The notes beneath the pieces were generated by a model, which was given only the letters and a program-made list of their open reading frames with translations, had not been told where the DNA came from and ran no database searches. From assembly GCA_964490805.1 (NCBI GenBank), contig CAZBEB010000008.1, positions 90,512 to 154,511 of the forward strand: 64,000 nucleotides of DNA, read 5' to 3'. The translations under genes were made by a program, and so were the position numbers. Shown piece after piece: positions 21,270 to 31,255 of the stretch (positions are counted from its first letter, which is position 1; the number at the start of each line of letters is the position of its first letter). Origin of the DNA: an uncultured Geobacter sp. Its GTDB lineage: Bacteria > Desulfobacterota > Desulfuromonadia > Geobacterales > Geobacteraceae.

Positions 21270-23006
21270 ATGAAACCGGTAGCCGAAAGACGGAGGATGA
21301 TTCGCGAGAGTGACCGGGAGTCCGTATCCAGGATTGCCCGGGAGCTTTCGGTTTCACCTATAATTGCCCGGTTGCTGGTAAATCGGGGGATAACCGACAG
21401 TGCCGTGGCCGGCCGTTTTCTCTCCCCTTCGCTGACGGATGTGAGCAATCCGTTTCTGCTCAAGGGGATGGAAGAGGCTGTATCCCGTCTCTGCGCGGCG
21501 CGGGAGCGCGGAGAGACGGTCTGCGTCTACGGCGATTATGATGTGGATGGAGTCACCTCCACGGCATTGTTGATTCATTTTTTCCGTGCGGTAGGCCTGC
21601 GTTGCTTCTACCATATTCCCAACCGCCTGGAAGAGGGGTATGGCCTGTCCGAGGCTGGGCTGCGGGCTGTGGCCGAGCGCGCGCAGGTTGTCGTCTCCGT
21701 TGATTGCGGGATAAGCGCCGTTGCAGAGGCTGAACTTTGCGCTTCCCTGGGGCTTGACCTGATCATTACCGATCACCACACCCCCGGTTCGCTTCTCCCC
21801 CGGGCCTGTGCCGTCATTAATCCCCTCCAGCCCGGATGTCCATTTCCGTTCAAGTCTCTGGCCGGCGTCGGCGTAGCTTTTAACCTGATGGTGGCTCTCC
21901 GTGGCCGGCTTCGCGAGGAGGGGGCATTCGCAGGCCGGAGAGAGCCGAACCTGCGTGAATATCTCGATTTCGTGGCCCTCGGGACCATCGCCGATGTTGT
22001 CCCTTTGACCGGTGATAACCGGATTTTCGTGAAATATGGGCTTCGGGAACTCTCAGAATCTCCCCGTGCCGGAGTGAAGGCCCTCAAGGACGTGGCTGGT
22101 GTGGCCGATGCCGTGGGGTGCGGCGCCGTAGGCTTCAGGCTTGCCCCCCGGCTCAACGCTGCCGGCAGGCTGGAGGATGCGGCGAGGGGGGTAGAACTCC
22201 TTCTTGAGGAAGATCCGGCCCGTGCTGCGGCCATTGCCGCGGAACTGGACGCGAGCAATGCTGAACGCCAGGCCATTGAGGGGCAGATTCTGTCCGACGC
22301 CCTTGACCGGATTCAGAACAATTCGGCCATGACGGGCAAAAAAAGCATTGTTCTTGCATCGGATGCGTGGCATCCGGGAGTTATCGGGATCGTTGCCTCG
22401 CGGATGGTTGATCTCTTTCATCGGCCCACGGTTCTCATTTCGCTTCAGGATGGCAATGGGCGCGGATCGGGACGCAGTATTCCGGGTTTCAACCTCTACG
22501 ATGCCCTTGATGCCTGTGCCGGGGACCTCGTGAAGTTTGGCGGGCACCGCTATGCCGCGGGACTTTCCATTGACGGGGCATGCCTTGAAAGTTTCATTGC
22601 CCGCTTTGAGGAGGTTTCCGCAAGCAGATTGTCTGCCGAAGACCTTGTGCCGGTGCTGCGTGTGGACGCGGAGCTTTTGCCCGGCGAAGTGACCCCGGAC
22701 CTGGCGAATGCCATAGCTTCCCTTGCACCCTTCGGCGCCGGCAATCCTGAGCCGCTGTTTGTATTGCGGGGTATGGAGATGGCACAACGGATACCGCTCC
22801 GCGGCAATCATCTCAAGCTGCGTTTTGCTGTGCCCGGGGGGATGCTAGATGCTATCGGTTTTAATCTTGCCGGGAAGGTGGGCGGCCTTTCCGGTGCCGT
22901 GGATGTCGCCTTTACGCTGTGCTGGAACGAGTGGAATGGCCGGAAAAATCTACAAATGAATCTTAAGGATATTATGCAGCCGGGGACAGGTGCTGAAAAA
23001 TGTTGA
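21270..23006 (+). CDS. recJ: single-stranded-DNA-specific exonuclease RecJ
   Basis: DHH family motifs (GDYDVDGVTS, DCG, ITDHH) and the DHHA1 motif GGHRYAAG are present. 578 aa is a typical size. Confidence 0.9.
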   Translation: MKPVAERRRMIRESDRESVSRIARELSVSPIIARLLVNRGITDSAVAGRFLSPSLTDVSNPFLLKGMEEAVSRLCAARERGETVCVYGDYDVDGVTSTALLIHFFRAVGLRCFYHIPNRLEEGYGLSEAGLRAVAERAQVVVSVDCGISAVAEAELCASLGLDLIITDHHTPGSLLPRACAVINPLQPGCPFPFKSLAGVGVAFNLMVALRGRLREEGAFAGRREPNLREYLDFVALGTIADVVPLTGDNRIFVKYGLRELSESPRAGVKALKDVAGVADAVGCGAVGFRLAPRLNAAGRLEDAARGVELLLEEDPARAAAIAAELDASNAERQAIEGQILSDALDRIQNNSAMTGKKSIVLASDAWHPGVIGIVASRMVDLFHRPTVLISLQDGNGRGSGRSIPGFNLYDALDACAGDLVKFGGHRYAAGLSIDGACLESFIARFEEVSASRLSAEDLVPVLRVDAELLPGEVTPDLANAIASLAPFGAGNPEPLFVLRGMEMAQRIPLRGNHLKLRFAVPGGMLDAIGFNLAGKVGGLSGAVDVAFTLCWNEWNGRKNLQMNLKDIMQPGTGAEKC

Positions 23007-23899
23007 GGGAAGAGCGTTTCAATAGGGCTGACCGGATAATCGCGGTCGGGTTCTGGTTCAACGCGGGGCTCATGGTCATGAAGCTCCTTGCGGGCTATTT
23101 CGGGAAGTCCGATGCAGTCTTTGCCGATGGTTTGGAAAGCGCCTGCGATTTTGTGGCAATCCTTGTGACGATGATCGCTCTGAAAGTCGGCCGTCAACCA
23201 TTTGACCCGAAACATCCCTATGGACACGGCAAGGCGGAGAGTATTGCGGCAGTTATCGTTTCTCTGGTAATTTTCACAACCGGCTTCGGTATTTTGATAA
23301 AAGCCATCCACACTATTGTCGATCGTACCTATCAGACCCCGGATCTGATTGCGGTATTTGCGGCGGTGTGCACCATTGCCGTCAAGGAATGGCTTTACCG
23401 CTATTCCATTTCACGGGGGAAGCGCCTTGAAAGCCCCGCTTTGACGGCGGTGGCGAAGGATCATCGCAAGGATGCCGTAACATCGGTAGCCACGCTGATC
23501 GGCGTTGGCGGGGCCTATCTCGGAGCAGGCGTCATGGACCCGCTGGCGGCGGGCCTTACGGCGTTCTTTATCTTTCATATCGGATACGAAACCTTGGCGG
23601 GGGCAATACACGATCTGATGGACGGGAGCCCGTCGGAAGACTTTATCCGCGCTTTGACGACTTTGGCCGAGGGGGTGAACGGCGTCGAACACGTCCACGA
23701 AATCAGGGGGCGGCGTTCGGGCCAGTATCTCATTGTCGACCTGAAGCTCGACATGGATCCGGACATGACCGTAAAATGCTCCCACGACATCGCCACCACG
23801 GTCAAAAGGCTTATCTTCGAACAGTTTCCCAATGTGGGGGACGTAATGATTCACATAAACCCCCATGATGAAGAACATGAGGATATGATTCGGCTATAA
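23000..23899 (+). CDS. cation diffusion facilitator family transporter
   Basis: Six TM helices carry ADGLESACD and HxxxD-type metal sites (KDHRKD). A C-terminal cytoplasmic domain ends with INPHDEEHE. Confidence 0.85.
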   Translation: MLREERFNRADRIIAVGFWFNAGLMVMKLLAGYFGKSDAVFADGLESACDFVAILVTMIALKVGRQPFDPKHPYGHGKAESIAAVIVSLVIFTTGFGILIKAIHTIVDRTYQTPDLIAVFAAVCTIAVKEWLYRYSISRGKRLESPALTAVAKDHRKDAVTSVATLIGVGGAYLGAGVMDPLAAGLTAFFIFHIGYETLAGAIHDLMDGSPSEDFIRALTTLAEGVNGVEHVHEIRGRRSGQYLIVDLKLDMDPDMTVKCSHDIATTVKRLIFEQFPNVGDVMIHINPHDEEHEDMIRL

Positions 23900-24061
23900 T
23901 TAATAGTGATAGAGATGCCATGGAGTCCCTGTTTTTGATGACGCTCCGAAATTGGTCCTGAAATTGCAGAGTTCCCGTCGGTACTTGCCTGATTTATAAT
24001 CTAGATAGCTGTTGACATTGAAAACATGGTCATGTGACTATCCCATTCCAAGGGAATACTA

Positions 24062-25537
24062 ATGATCACCATCCTCTTCATTTCAGATGACCCCCGGGTC
24101 GCCGATCTCATTGCCAGATTTCAGCCTCAGCTCAGAGGCCGGATGAGACTCTCACACGATTTCGATCAGGGGCTCAAAGAGGTGTTCGACAACAGGCCCT
24201 CTGCCGTCTTCATTCAGGGAGACATCACGGGAATTTCCGGCGAAACCGTGGCGCGTCACATAAAGACCCTCCTCCGCGGGGAGGCGCCGCGTATTGTGCT
24301 GATGCACTCAGCGCCCCTGGCGGCGCAAGGTGCGAAAAAGTGGTTCGACTATTCAGTTGATTTCTCGGTTTCCCAGGACGAAATTGACGAACAGTTCAAG
24401 TTGCGTTTGATGGAGATTGCTCCCGGCCATTGGCAGAAAGATGATGTTGAGCAACCCGGTTCACCGGAAGACGTTGCTGTGGTCAATGGGGAGGATGCTT
24501 CTATCCCCGGTCTGACGCATTCTGCTGAATCCGAACCTTTCGAGTGGGAGAGCGCCGGCAATTTCGAACCTCCTGCGGAAGAACTGCTGTATTCGACGGC
24601 GAATCCATTTCCTGCAGTTGAGGGGGATGACGCCCCGCTGGATGATGTTCAGTCGGTTCTGGTTGGCAGGGGTATAGAGGCCGGAGCTTCGGATGTGCCA
24701 TCGCATTGTACCCTGCCCAGCGAAGTGATGGCCACGATCATTGAAGAATCGGTAACCACCCAGTCTGCCTTATTGGAGCCGCATCCTTCGTCTCCTTCCC
24801 CGGTAATTTCTTCGCCAATTGTGCCCCCTCGTGTCGAAAAGCCAATCCCTGCTTTTTCGCCGCCGCCCGTTCCCCCTTACCGGGAGCCGGTGGTTCCCGC
24901 TGAACAGCCTGTCGCGCCCCTTTCCTCCTTTAGTGCAGATGCACCTTTGGGGGGTAGCGTGCGGGATGCTGTTCCCCCGCGCACCACGGAGCGTGGCGGG
25001 GCGGCGGGGAGGCGTCTTTCCCTGTGGGCTGCCGCCATCGTGCTGCTCCTCATCGGTGGGGTGGTGGGGGGGATTCTGCTGTTGAAGGGAGAAGATGGCA
25101 ATGGCAACCCTGCATCCAAGCCCGCGGTCAGTCCGGCAAAACCGCACCGCGAATCGTCAGCGCCGGCGCCTGTGGGCAAGGCTGCTCCTGCCGCTGGACT
25201 CCCTTCATTTATTCCCGCGTCCGGAAAGGACCGTGGATTCGGTAAGACCCATCCCGGCTGGGAGCGCTACCGCGGCCACGGGGTGGAATACCGTATCTTT
25301 CGCGAAAACGGCCGGTTGAAAGCGCTTCAGGTACTTGCCCTGAACGGTAAAGCTATACCGGAATCCCATATTGCAACGATTGTCAAAAAGCTGACTGGAA
25401 GCGAGACCCGCACGGTATTATCCCAGTCGAAAAAAGGGGCATACCGGAGGGAAGTACTCAGGGTTGCAGGGAATGGAGAGCTTGTTCTATACCGCAAGGG
25501 AAGCGGTATCCGCGGAGGAGTCATAACATTTGACTGA
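24062..25537 (+). CDS. hypothetical membrane protein: receiver-like N-domain, Pro-rich linker, one TM, C-terminal extracytoplasmic domain
   Basis: The N-terminal ~100 aa follow a CheY-like pattern (ILFISDD...VFIQGDI...VLMHS). A PPxP-rich tract, the TM helix LWAAAIVLLLIGGVVGGILLL and a ~130-aa C-terminal domain follow. Confidence 0.55.
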   Translation: MITILFISDDPRVADLIARFQPQLRGRMRLSHDFDQGLKEVFDNRPSAVFIQGDITGISGETVARHIKTLLRGEAPRIVLMHSAPLAAQGAKKWFDYSVDFSVSQDEIDEQFKLRLMEIAPGHWQKDDVEQPGSPEDVAVVNGEDASIPGLTHSAESEPFEWESAGNFEPPAEELLYSTANPFPAVEGDDAPLDDVQSVLVGRGIEAGASDVPSHCTLPSEVMATIIEESVTTQSALLEPHPSSPSPVISSPIVPPRVEKPIPAFSPPPVPPYREPVVPAEQPVAPLSSFSADAPLGGSVRDAVPPRTTERGGAAGRRLSLWAAAIVLLLIGGVVGGILLLKGEDGNGNPASKPAVSPAKPHRESSAPAPVGKAAPAAGLPSFIPASGKDRGFGKTHPGWERYRGHGVEYRIFRENGRLKALQVLALNGKAIPESHIATIVKKLTGSETRTVLSQSKKGAYRREVLRVAGNGELVLYRKGSGIRGGVITFD

Positions 25538-25656
25538 GATCTGATGTCGGCGGTTTTCTGAATTACAAATCCGGAATTCTGCATTGACAGGTGGGGAATA
25601 TTTCCCCATCCTTTATAAATATTTGATATTACTTATATCTGAAAACGGGAGATGCA

Positions 25657-27225
25657 ATGATAGCTGCCCCTACTCGACAAGCGGTTGCCATAGCAGTTGC
25701 CGCGGTTGCCTTTTGCATTGTGCCGCCGCAGGCGCGTGCCTTGGATCCCCGCTTTGATCTCGACCCTGATGTGCTCGACAAGAGTGCTGAACCGTCCGCC
25801 GGCTACAAGCAGGGGCGACCTGTTCGCAAAATTAGAAGTTCTGCCGCCGGGATGTCTGACTATACCGTCAGGCCGGGCGATCACATTTTCAAGATTCTCA
25901 TGAAAGAATATGACCTCTCCAATGCAGAGGCCGAAGCCCTTATCCCGGAAGTGAAGCGTCTCAACGGGATCTCGGACATCAGGAGGCTGCAGGTGGGGCG
26001 GTCGCTCCGCATTCCGCTGGCTCATCGACGCGAGCAATTTCCCATTGCCGAAAAAGTGCAGCCGAAACGGCTTCATACTGCGTCCGGCCGTGCTGACGGC
26101 AGGCCTGTGCCGGCAGTTTTGGTCGCAGGCGGTGACGAAAGGCCAGTGGGCCATTCCATGCGGATGATGAGTCTCGCCTATAATCAGGAGCCGGCAAACC
26201 TTGACGCAGTTCGTCAGGCCTGGAGCGGCCTCGTTTCTTCCCAGCCGGTTGATTCTCGTCCAATTTCCATCGAGGATGCGAACTTTTCCCTGTCACTGGA
26301 TCCTGAATCCTTTCCTTCGTTTCCGGCAGCCGATGGGGGAAGGGTGCTTGTGGATGCCGAAGGCAAGATTCCGCCTCTCGTGAGAGCACTCATCGAGGGG
26401 AAGGACCCGTCGGTCCGCATCGTTTCCGAGAGCCCCCGCAACCGCAAGCGTTTTATGGCTTCACTTCTGGAAAGTGCCCGTCTTTATTCGGTGGAGGACA
26501 ATGTATCCCTCTCGTTCGGTGCCGATCCCAAGCTGACAGTTAATGCCGATTTCAAAATTGAGAAAACTCCTGAAAGCGTCCTGAGCCATGACGTTGTACT
26601 GATGAACGTCGAGGAGTACCGGCGTGGCATGCCGTCATCCCTGGTTCAGTTCCTCCGGCGCGAAGGGTTCCAGGTGGTAGAGCCTTTCCCCGGCAGGGAG
26701 GGCGCCTCGCCGCGTGGCGGTCAGACCCTCTACCAGATTACGGCCCATGAAACCCGCGGGATGGTTGATGGACTTTTGAGGGCGCTCAATGTCCGCTACG
26801 AGGCGGACCGCAGTGTTGAGCTTTACGGGATGGCTGACGGGGGGCTCAAGCTTGACGTGCGGGCCGACCGCTACTTCGAGGATGGTCGTGACCGCTACGT
26901 TGTGAGCTATTTCGACGGCGATCCGGTTTCCTATACCCTCACGAGGCTTCTGGAAACCCGGGGGTATCGCGTCGTTGTCCTTGATCCGAAGGATGATTTC
27001 CGTAAGGTTTCGGAAAAAATCCTTTCCAGGCTGCGGCTGCCCGGCGTGTTTGCCCAGCACGACCTTTTTCAGTACCGGGATGCACCCTACGGCATCCGGA
27101 TGTCGGGGGTACGCCTGCGCGGCCAGGGAGCGGGAGGCGAAACAGTGTTCCTCACCAATGTGGAGCTCGATCCGCTTTTCAGGGATATCCTCGACTACAA
27201 CGGCTATTCGGTCATTTCCTACTAA
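25657..27225 (+). CDS. secreted LysM domain protein
   Basis: A signal peptide ends in PPQARA. The LysM motif is YTVRPGDHIFKIL...LNGISDIRRLQVGRSLRIP. I do not recognise the remaining ~400 aa. Confidence 0.7.
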   Translation: MIAAPTRQAVAIAVAAVAFCIVPPQARALDPRFDLDPDVLDKSAEPSAGYKQGRPVRKIRSSAAGMSDYTVRPGDHIFKILMKEYDLSNAEAEALIPEVKRLNGISDIRRLQVGRSLRIPLAHRREQFPIAEKVQPKRLHTASGRADGRPVPAVLVAGGDERPVGHSMRMMSLAYNQEPANLDAVRQAWSGLVSSQPVDSRPISIEDANFSLSLDPESFPSFPAADGGRVLVDAEGKIPPLVRALIEGKDPSVRIVSESPRNRKRFMASLLESARLYSVEDNVSLSFGADPKLTVNADFKIEKTPESVLSHDVVLMNVEEYRRGMPSSLVQFLRREGFQVVEPFPGREGASPRGGQTLYQITAHETRGMVDGLLRALNVRYEADRSVELYGMADGGLKLDVRADRYFEDGRDRYVVSYFDGDPVSYTLTRLLETRGYRVVVLDPKDDFRKVSEKILSRLRLPGVFAQHDLFQYRDAPYGIRMSGVRLRGQGAGGETVFLTNVELDPLFRDILDYNGYSVISY

Positions 27226-27243
27226 AAGGAGTTCCCCGCTTCC

Positions 27244-29172
27244 ATGTCTGCCAAAAAGGTCGGCGAGATACTTGTTGAAAATCGGCTGATTAGTGAGGAT
27301 CAGCTCCGGGAGGCCCTTGAGCTTCAGAAGGTGTTCCCCGATCAGCCCGTTGGCAGACTCCTCTGCAAGCTCGGCTTCCTTGCCGAAAATGAGCTTTCCT
27401 ATATCCTGGAACAGACCGGCAAGCGCCAGAAGCTGGGTGACATCCTCCTGCGCGAGCGGCTCATTGACCAGGAGCGGCTTGACCAGGCCCGCGCCGTTGC
27501 CAAACGTGACGGCATTACGTTTGAGAGGGCGCTGCGCAAGCTCCGCTTCGTGGAAGAGGAGCCCCTTGCCAAGGCCGTGGCGCTCCAGTACGACCTCTCT
27601 TTTGTGCACATCAATACCCTTGAGATAGAAGCGGAACTGGCCCGCTACATAAATCCTTCCTTTGCCCAGAAACAGCGGATCGTTCCCATCTCCAAGATCG
27701 GCAACACCATTACCCTGGCGATGGCCTATCCGATCAAACTCCAGGAGCTCAAGGATTTCGAGCAAAGCATCCGGGCGCGGATAATTCCGGTTATCGCCAC
27801 GGAGAGTGAGATCCTCAAGGCGCAGCAGCGCCTGTATCGCACTTCTGCCGGCACGGCAGCGTCTTTTGATGAGGCGGACCTGGAGATTGGGCCGGGGAGC
27901 ATTTCGGAACTCCTGGGCGCCAATGTCGAAGACGAACCCGACATCGAGGATGAAGTCAAAAAAGTATCCGAGCGGGACAGCATCATTGTGAAGCTCGTCA
28001 ACAAGATTATCTTCGATGCCCACCAGAGCCGCGCTTCGGACATTCATATCGAGCCCTACCACGGAAAGAACGACATTGTTGTCCGGATGCGGGTGGACGG
28101 CCGCTGCAAGGTCTACCAGCGCATACCGTACCGGTACAAATACGCGATCCCGTCCCGCCTCAAGATTATGGCCGAGCTTGACATTGCCGAGAAGCGTAAG
28201 CCCCAGGACGGCAAGATCAATTTCAAGAAATTCGGTCCCCTTGACATGGAGCTTCGCATCGCCACCATGCCCACCGCCGGCGGATTGGAAGATGTGGTGA
28301 TCCGGCTCGTCAATACCGGCGAGACCTTCTCCTTCGACAAGCTGGGACTGACTGACCGGAACATGCGTATCTTCAGCGAGGGGGTGACCAAGCCGTACGG
28401 TCTGGTTCTCGTGGTGGGACCTACGGGGAGCGGTAAAACAACCACGCTCCATGCGGCAATTTCCCGGATAAACAGCCCCGAGGTGAAAATCTGGACCGCC
28501 GAAGACCCGGTGGAGATTACCCAGAAGGGGCTGCGTCAGGTGCAGATCAATCCGCGGATCGGGCTCACTTTTCCGGTGGCGCTCCGTTCGTTTCTGCGGC
28601 TCGACCCCGATGTCATCATGGTGGGGGAGATGCGGGACGAGGAGACCGCATCCATTGCCGTGGAGGCTTCCTTGACCGGGCACCTGGTCCTTTCCACGCT
28701 TCACACCAATTCGGCTCCTGAAACCGTAACGCGCCTTCTGGAAATCGGGCTCGATCCCTTCAGCTTTTCCGACTCCCTTATCTGCATTGTCGCCCAGCGC
28801 CTTGCCCGCCGTCTCTGCGAAGACTGTCGCGAGATTTACCGCCCCGAGAAGCAGGAGCTGGCGGAGATTATCGAGGAATACGGCGAAGAGCAGTTTGCCG
28901 CCACCGGCCTAGTGGGCAACGAACTCGTCCTGGCCCGTGCCGTTGGTTGCCCTTCCTGCGGCCAGACCGGCTACCGGGGACGTCTCGGCATCCATGAAGT
29001 GCTTGAATGCACGGACGGCATGAAGAGCCTCATCAAAAAACGGTCTGAAACCGAGCTTATCCGGCGTCTCGCCATGGACGAAGGCATGACTACGCTTCGC
29101 CAGGACGGTATCTTGAAGGTGTTCCAGGGACTTACCGATATTTACGAGGTCCGGAAGGTCTGCCTCAAATGA
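27244..29172 (+). CDS. GspE/PilB/MshE family secretion ATPase with repeated T2SSE_N/MshEN-type N-terminal motifs
   Basis: Walker A GPTGSGKTT, Asp box, Walker B DPDVIMVGEMRD and His box GHLVLSTLHTN are present. There is a tetracysteine CEDC...CPSC. The N-terminus has KVGEILVENRLISEDQLREALELQ-type repeats. Confidence 0.9.
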   Translation: MSAKKVGEILVENRLISEDQLREALELQKVFPDQPVGRLLCKLGFLAENELSYILEQTGKRQKLGDILLRERLIDQERLDQARAVAKRDGITFERALRKLRFVEEEPLAKAVALQYDLSFVHINTLEIEAELARYINPSFAQKQRIVPISKIGNTITLAMAYPIKLQELKDFEQSIRARIIPVIATESEILKAQQRLYRTSAGTAASFDEADLEIGPGSISELLGANVEDEPDIEDEVKKVSERDSIIVKLVNKIIFDAHQSRASDIHIEPYHGKNDIVVRMRVDGRCKVYQRIPYRYKYAIPSRLKIMAELDIAEKRKPQDGKINFKKFGPLDMELRIATMPTAGGLEDVVIRLVNTGETFSFDKLGLTDRNMRIFSEGVTKPYGLVLVVGPTGSGKTTTLHAAISRINSPEVKIWTAEDPVEITQKGLRQVQINPRIGLTFPVALRSFLRLDPDVIMVGEMRDEETASIAVEASLTGHLVLSTLHTNSAPETVTRLLEIGLDPFSFSDSLICIVAQRLARRLCEDCREIYRPEKQELAEIIEEYGEEQFAATGLVGNELVLARAVGCPSCGQTGYRGRLGIHEVLECTDGMKSLIKKRSETELIRRLAMDEGMTTLRQDGILKVFQGLTDIYEVRKVCLK

Positions 29173-29277
29173 TGTTTGTGTAAACCAGAAAAGGTTTGCA
29201 TTTTTGCCCCCTTTTCGATACAGTACCCCCTCCACGGCTTGTCCGCTTACTCCCCACCGGATGGTCCCATACGCACA

Positions 29278-30345
29278 ATGGATACCCTTAAAGAGTTGCG
29301 TCGCGATATCGATGCCATTGATGATCAGATTCTGGATCTCTTGAACCGTCGCTCCACGCTGGCCATCGAGGTCGGCAGGATCAAGGCGGGGGAAAAACGC
29401 GATTTCCACGCTCCGAGTCGCGAGCGGGAGATCTACGAGCGGCTCACGGCCAAAAACCCGGGTCCGTTCCCGAGTGAAGCGGTCCGAAGCGTTTTCCGCG
29501 AGATTATCTCCGCGTCCCTGTCCCTTGAGGCGCCGATGAAGGTTGCTTTCCTGGGCCCCAAGGCGACATTCACCCATCTTGCCTCCATGCAGCACTTCGG
29601 CCTGTCGGCGGAACTGGTCCCCCAGAAGTCGATCCCCGCTGTTTTCGAGGAAGTCGGCAAGGGCCACGCCCTCTATGGCGTGGTCCCCGTTGAAAATTCC
29701 ACCGAGGGGATGGTCTCCCACACCCTCGACATGTTCATGGAGAGCGAACTCAAGATCAACGCCGAGGTGCTCCTGGAGGTCTCCCATGATCTCCTCTCCC
29801 GCACGGGCCGCCTTGAGGATGTGAAGAAGGTTTACTCTCACCCGCAGGCCATAGCCCAGTGCCGCAACTGGCTCGAAGAGAACCTGCCCGGTGTGCCGGT
29901 GGTGGATGTGGCGTCCACGGCGCTGGCCGCTCAGATCGTCGGTGAGGATTACAACGCTGCTGCCATTGCCAGCGAATTCGCCGCAACGCTCTATGATCTG
30001 AAAGTGGTGCGCAACAGGATAGAGGACCAGGTCAACAACTTCACCCGCTTCCTTGTGGTGGGGCGGAAAATGGCCGATCCCTGCGGGGACGACAAGACTT
30101 CCCTCATGTTTTCCGTAAAGGATGAGCCGGGCATTCTCCACCGGATGCTGGAACCCTTTGCCAAACGGGGGGTCAACCTTTCCAAGATCGAGTCGCGCCC
30201 CCTCAAGAAAAAAGCCTGGGAGTACATCTTTTTCCTCGACCTGTCCGGGCATGTCTCCGACCCCGTGGTGGCCGATGCGGTTCAGGAACTGAAGAATTAC
30301 TGCCAGTTCGTGAAGATCCTCGGCTCCTATCCCCGGGCGAAATAA
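29278..30345 (+). CDS. pheA: bifunctional chorismate mutase / prephenate dehydratase
   Basis: The start is set at MDTLKELRRDIDAIDDQILDLLNRR, which reads as the chorismate mutase domain. The dehydratase motif TRF and an ACT domain with ESRP follow. Confidence 0.9.
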   Translation: MDTLKELRRDIDAIDDQILDLLNRRSTLAIEVGRIKAGEKRDFHAPSREREIYERLTAKNPGPFPSEAVRSVFREIISASLSLEAPMKVAFLGPKATFTHLASMQHFGLSAELVPQKSIPAVFEEVGKGHALYGVVPVENSTEGMVSHTLDMFMESELKINAEVLLEVSHDLLSRTGRLEDVKKVYSHPQAIAQCRNWLEENLPGVPVVDVASTALAAQIVGEDYNAAAIASEFAATLYDLKVVRNRIEDQVNNFTRFLVVGRKMADPCGDDKTSLMFSVKDEPGILHRMLEPFAKRGVNLSKIESRPLKKKAWEYIFFLDLSGHVSDPVVADAVQELKNYCQFVKILGSYPRAK

Positions 30346-30357
30346 CCGTTGAGAGCC

Positions 30358-31218
30358 ATGCCCTTGATCAATAGGTTGGCAATAATAGGTGTTGGTCTCA
30401 TCGGCGGTTCCCTTGCCCGCATTTTGCGTGAGCAGGGGGAGGTCGGCGAGATCGTGGGCATCGGGCGCGGTGAGGCGAACCTGCGCAGGGCGGTGGAACT
30501 TGGGGTCGTTGACCGGTACTCCCTTGATCCGGTAGTAGGCGTAGCCGGGGCCGATCTCGTCTTTCTGGCAACGCCCGTTTGTTCCATACCAGCCATTACC
30601 GCCGAGATTGCTCCCCATCTGGCTGCCGGTTGCGTGGTGACCGACGGGGGGAGCGTCAAGGAAGAGATTGTTTCCGCCTGCGAGCCGCTCATGCCGCCGG
30701 GAGTCCATTTCGTCGGCGGGCATCCAATCGCCGGCACCGAGCATTCAGGGGTCGAGGCGTCGTTTTCTTCGCTCTATTCTGGAAAACGTTGCATTGTCAC
30801 CCCCACGTCGCGCACCTGCCCCGATGCCCTTGCCAAGGTCGTGCGGATGTGGGAGGTTGCCGGCTCGGAAGTGGTGGTTATGGGCACGGAGAAGCATGAC
30901 AGGGTGGTGGCCGCCATCTCCCACCTGCCCCACATGGTTGCCTATTCCCTGGTGAATGCCGTGGGAGGGTATGACCGCTTCGATGACAACATCATTAGAT
31001 ACTCCGCCGGCGGTTTTCGCGATTTTACCAGAATAGCCTCGTCGGACCCGGCCATGTGGCGGGACATCGCCCTCATGAACCGGGAGGCGGTTATCGAAAT
31101 GATGGATCATTTTGCCATGTATTTTGCGCGTCTTCGGGAACTTGTCGCAGGGGCTGATGGCCCTGCCCTCGAACGCTTCTTCCGCGAATCGAAAGAGAGC
31201 AGAGACTCAATATTGTAG
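30358..31218 (+). CDS. tyrA: prephenate dehydrogenase (alternative TTG start at 30349)
   Basis: The Rossmann motif IIGVGLIGGS and the catalytic motif GGHPIAG are present. It sits within an aromatic amino acid gene cluster. Confidence 0.85.
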   Translation: MPLINRLAIIGVGLIGGSLARILREQGEVGEIVGIGRGEANLRRAVELGVVDRYSLDPVVGVAGADLVFLATPVCSIPAITAEIAPHLAAGCVVTDGGSVKEEIVSACEPLMPPGVHFVGGHPIAGTEHSGVEASFSSLYSGKRCIVTPTSRTCPDALAKVVRMWEVAGSEVVVMGTEKHDRVVAAISHLPHMVAYSLVNAVGGYDRFDDNIIRYSAGGFRDFTRIASSDPAMWRDIALMNREAVIEMMDHFAMYFARLRELVAGADGPALERFFRESKESRDSIL

Positions 31219-31255
31219 GAAAGGCAGTTCCTTAATCTCACCCAAGGGGTTATTA

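Noticed and set aside
26635-28704. A 689-aa ORF lies on the minus strand opposite the LysM protein 3' end and the GspE-like ATPase.
   Set aside because: The plus-strand gene has unmistakable ATPase motifs. The antisense product is low-complexity with no motif. Long stop-free antisense frames are expected in GC-rich genes with strong GC3 bias.
28909-30744. A 611-aa minus-strand ORF lies opposite pheA/tyrA. Similar shadow ORFs occur at 811-2007, 18918-19898, 32851-34185 and 34977-36101.
   Set aside because: Each lies antisense to a confidently identified housekeeping gene. None has a ribosome-binding site or a recognisable domain.
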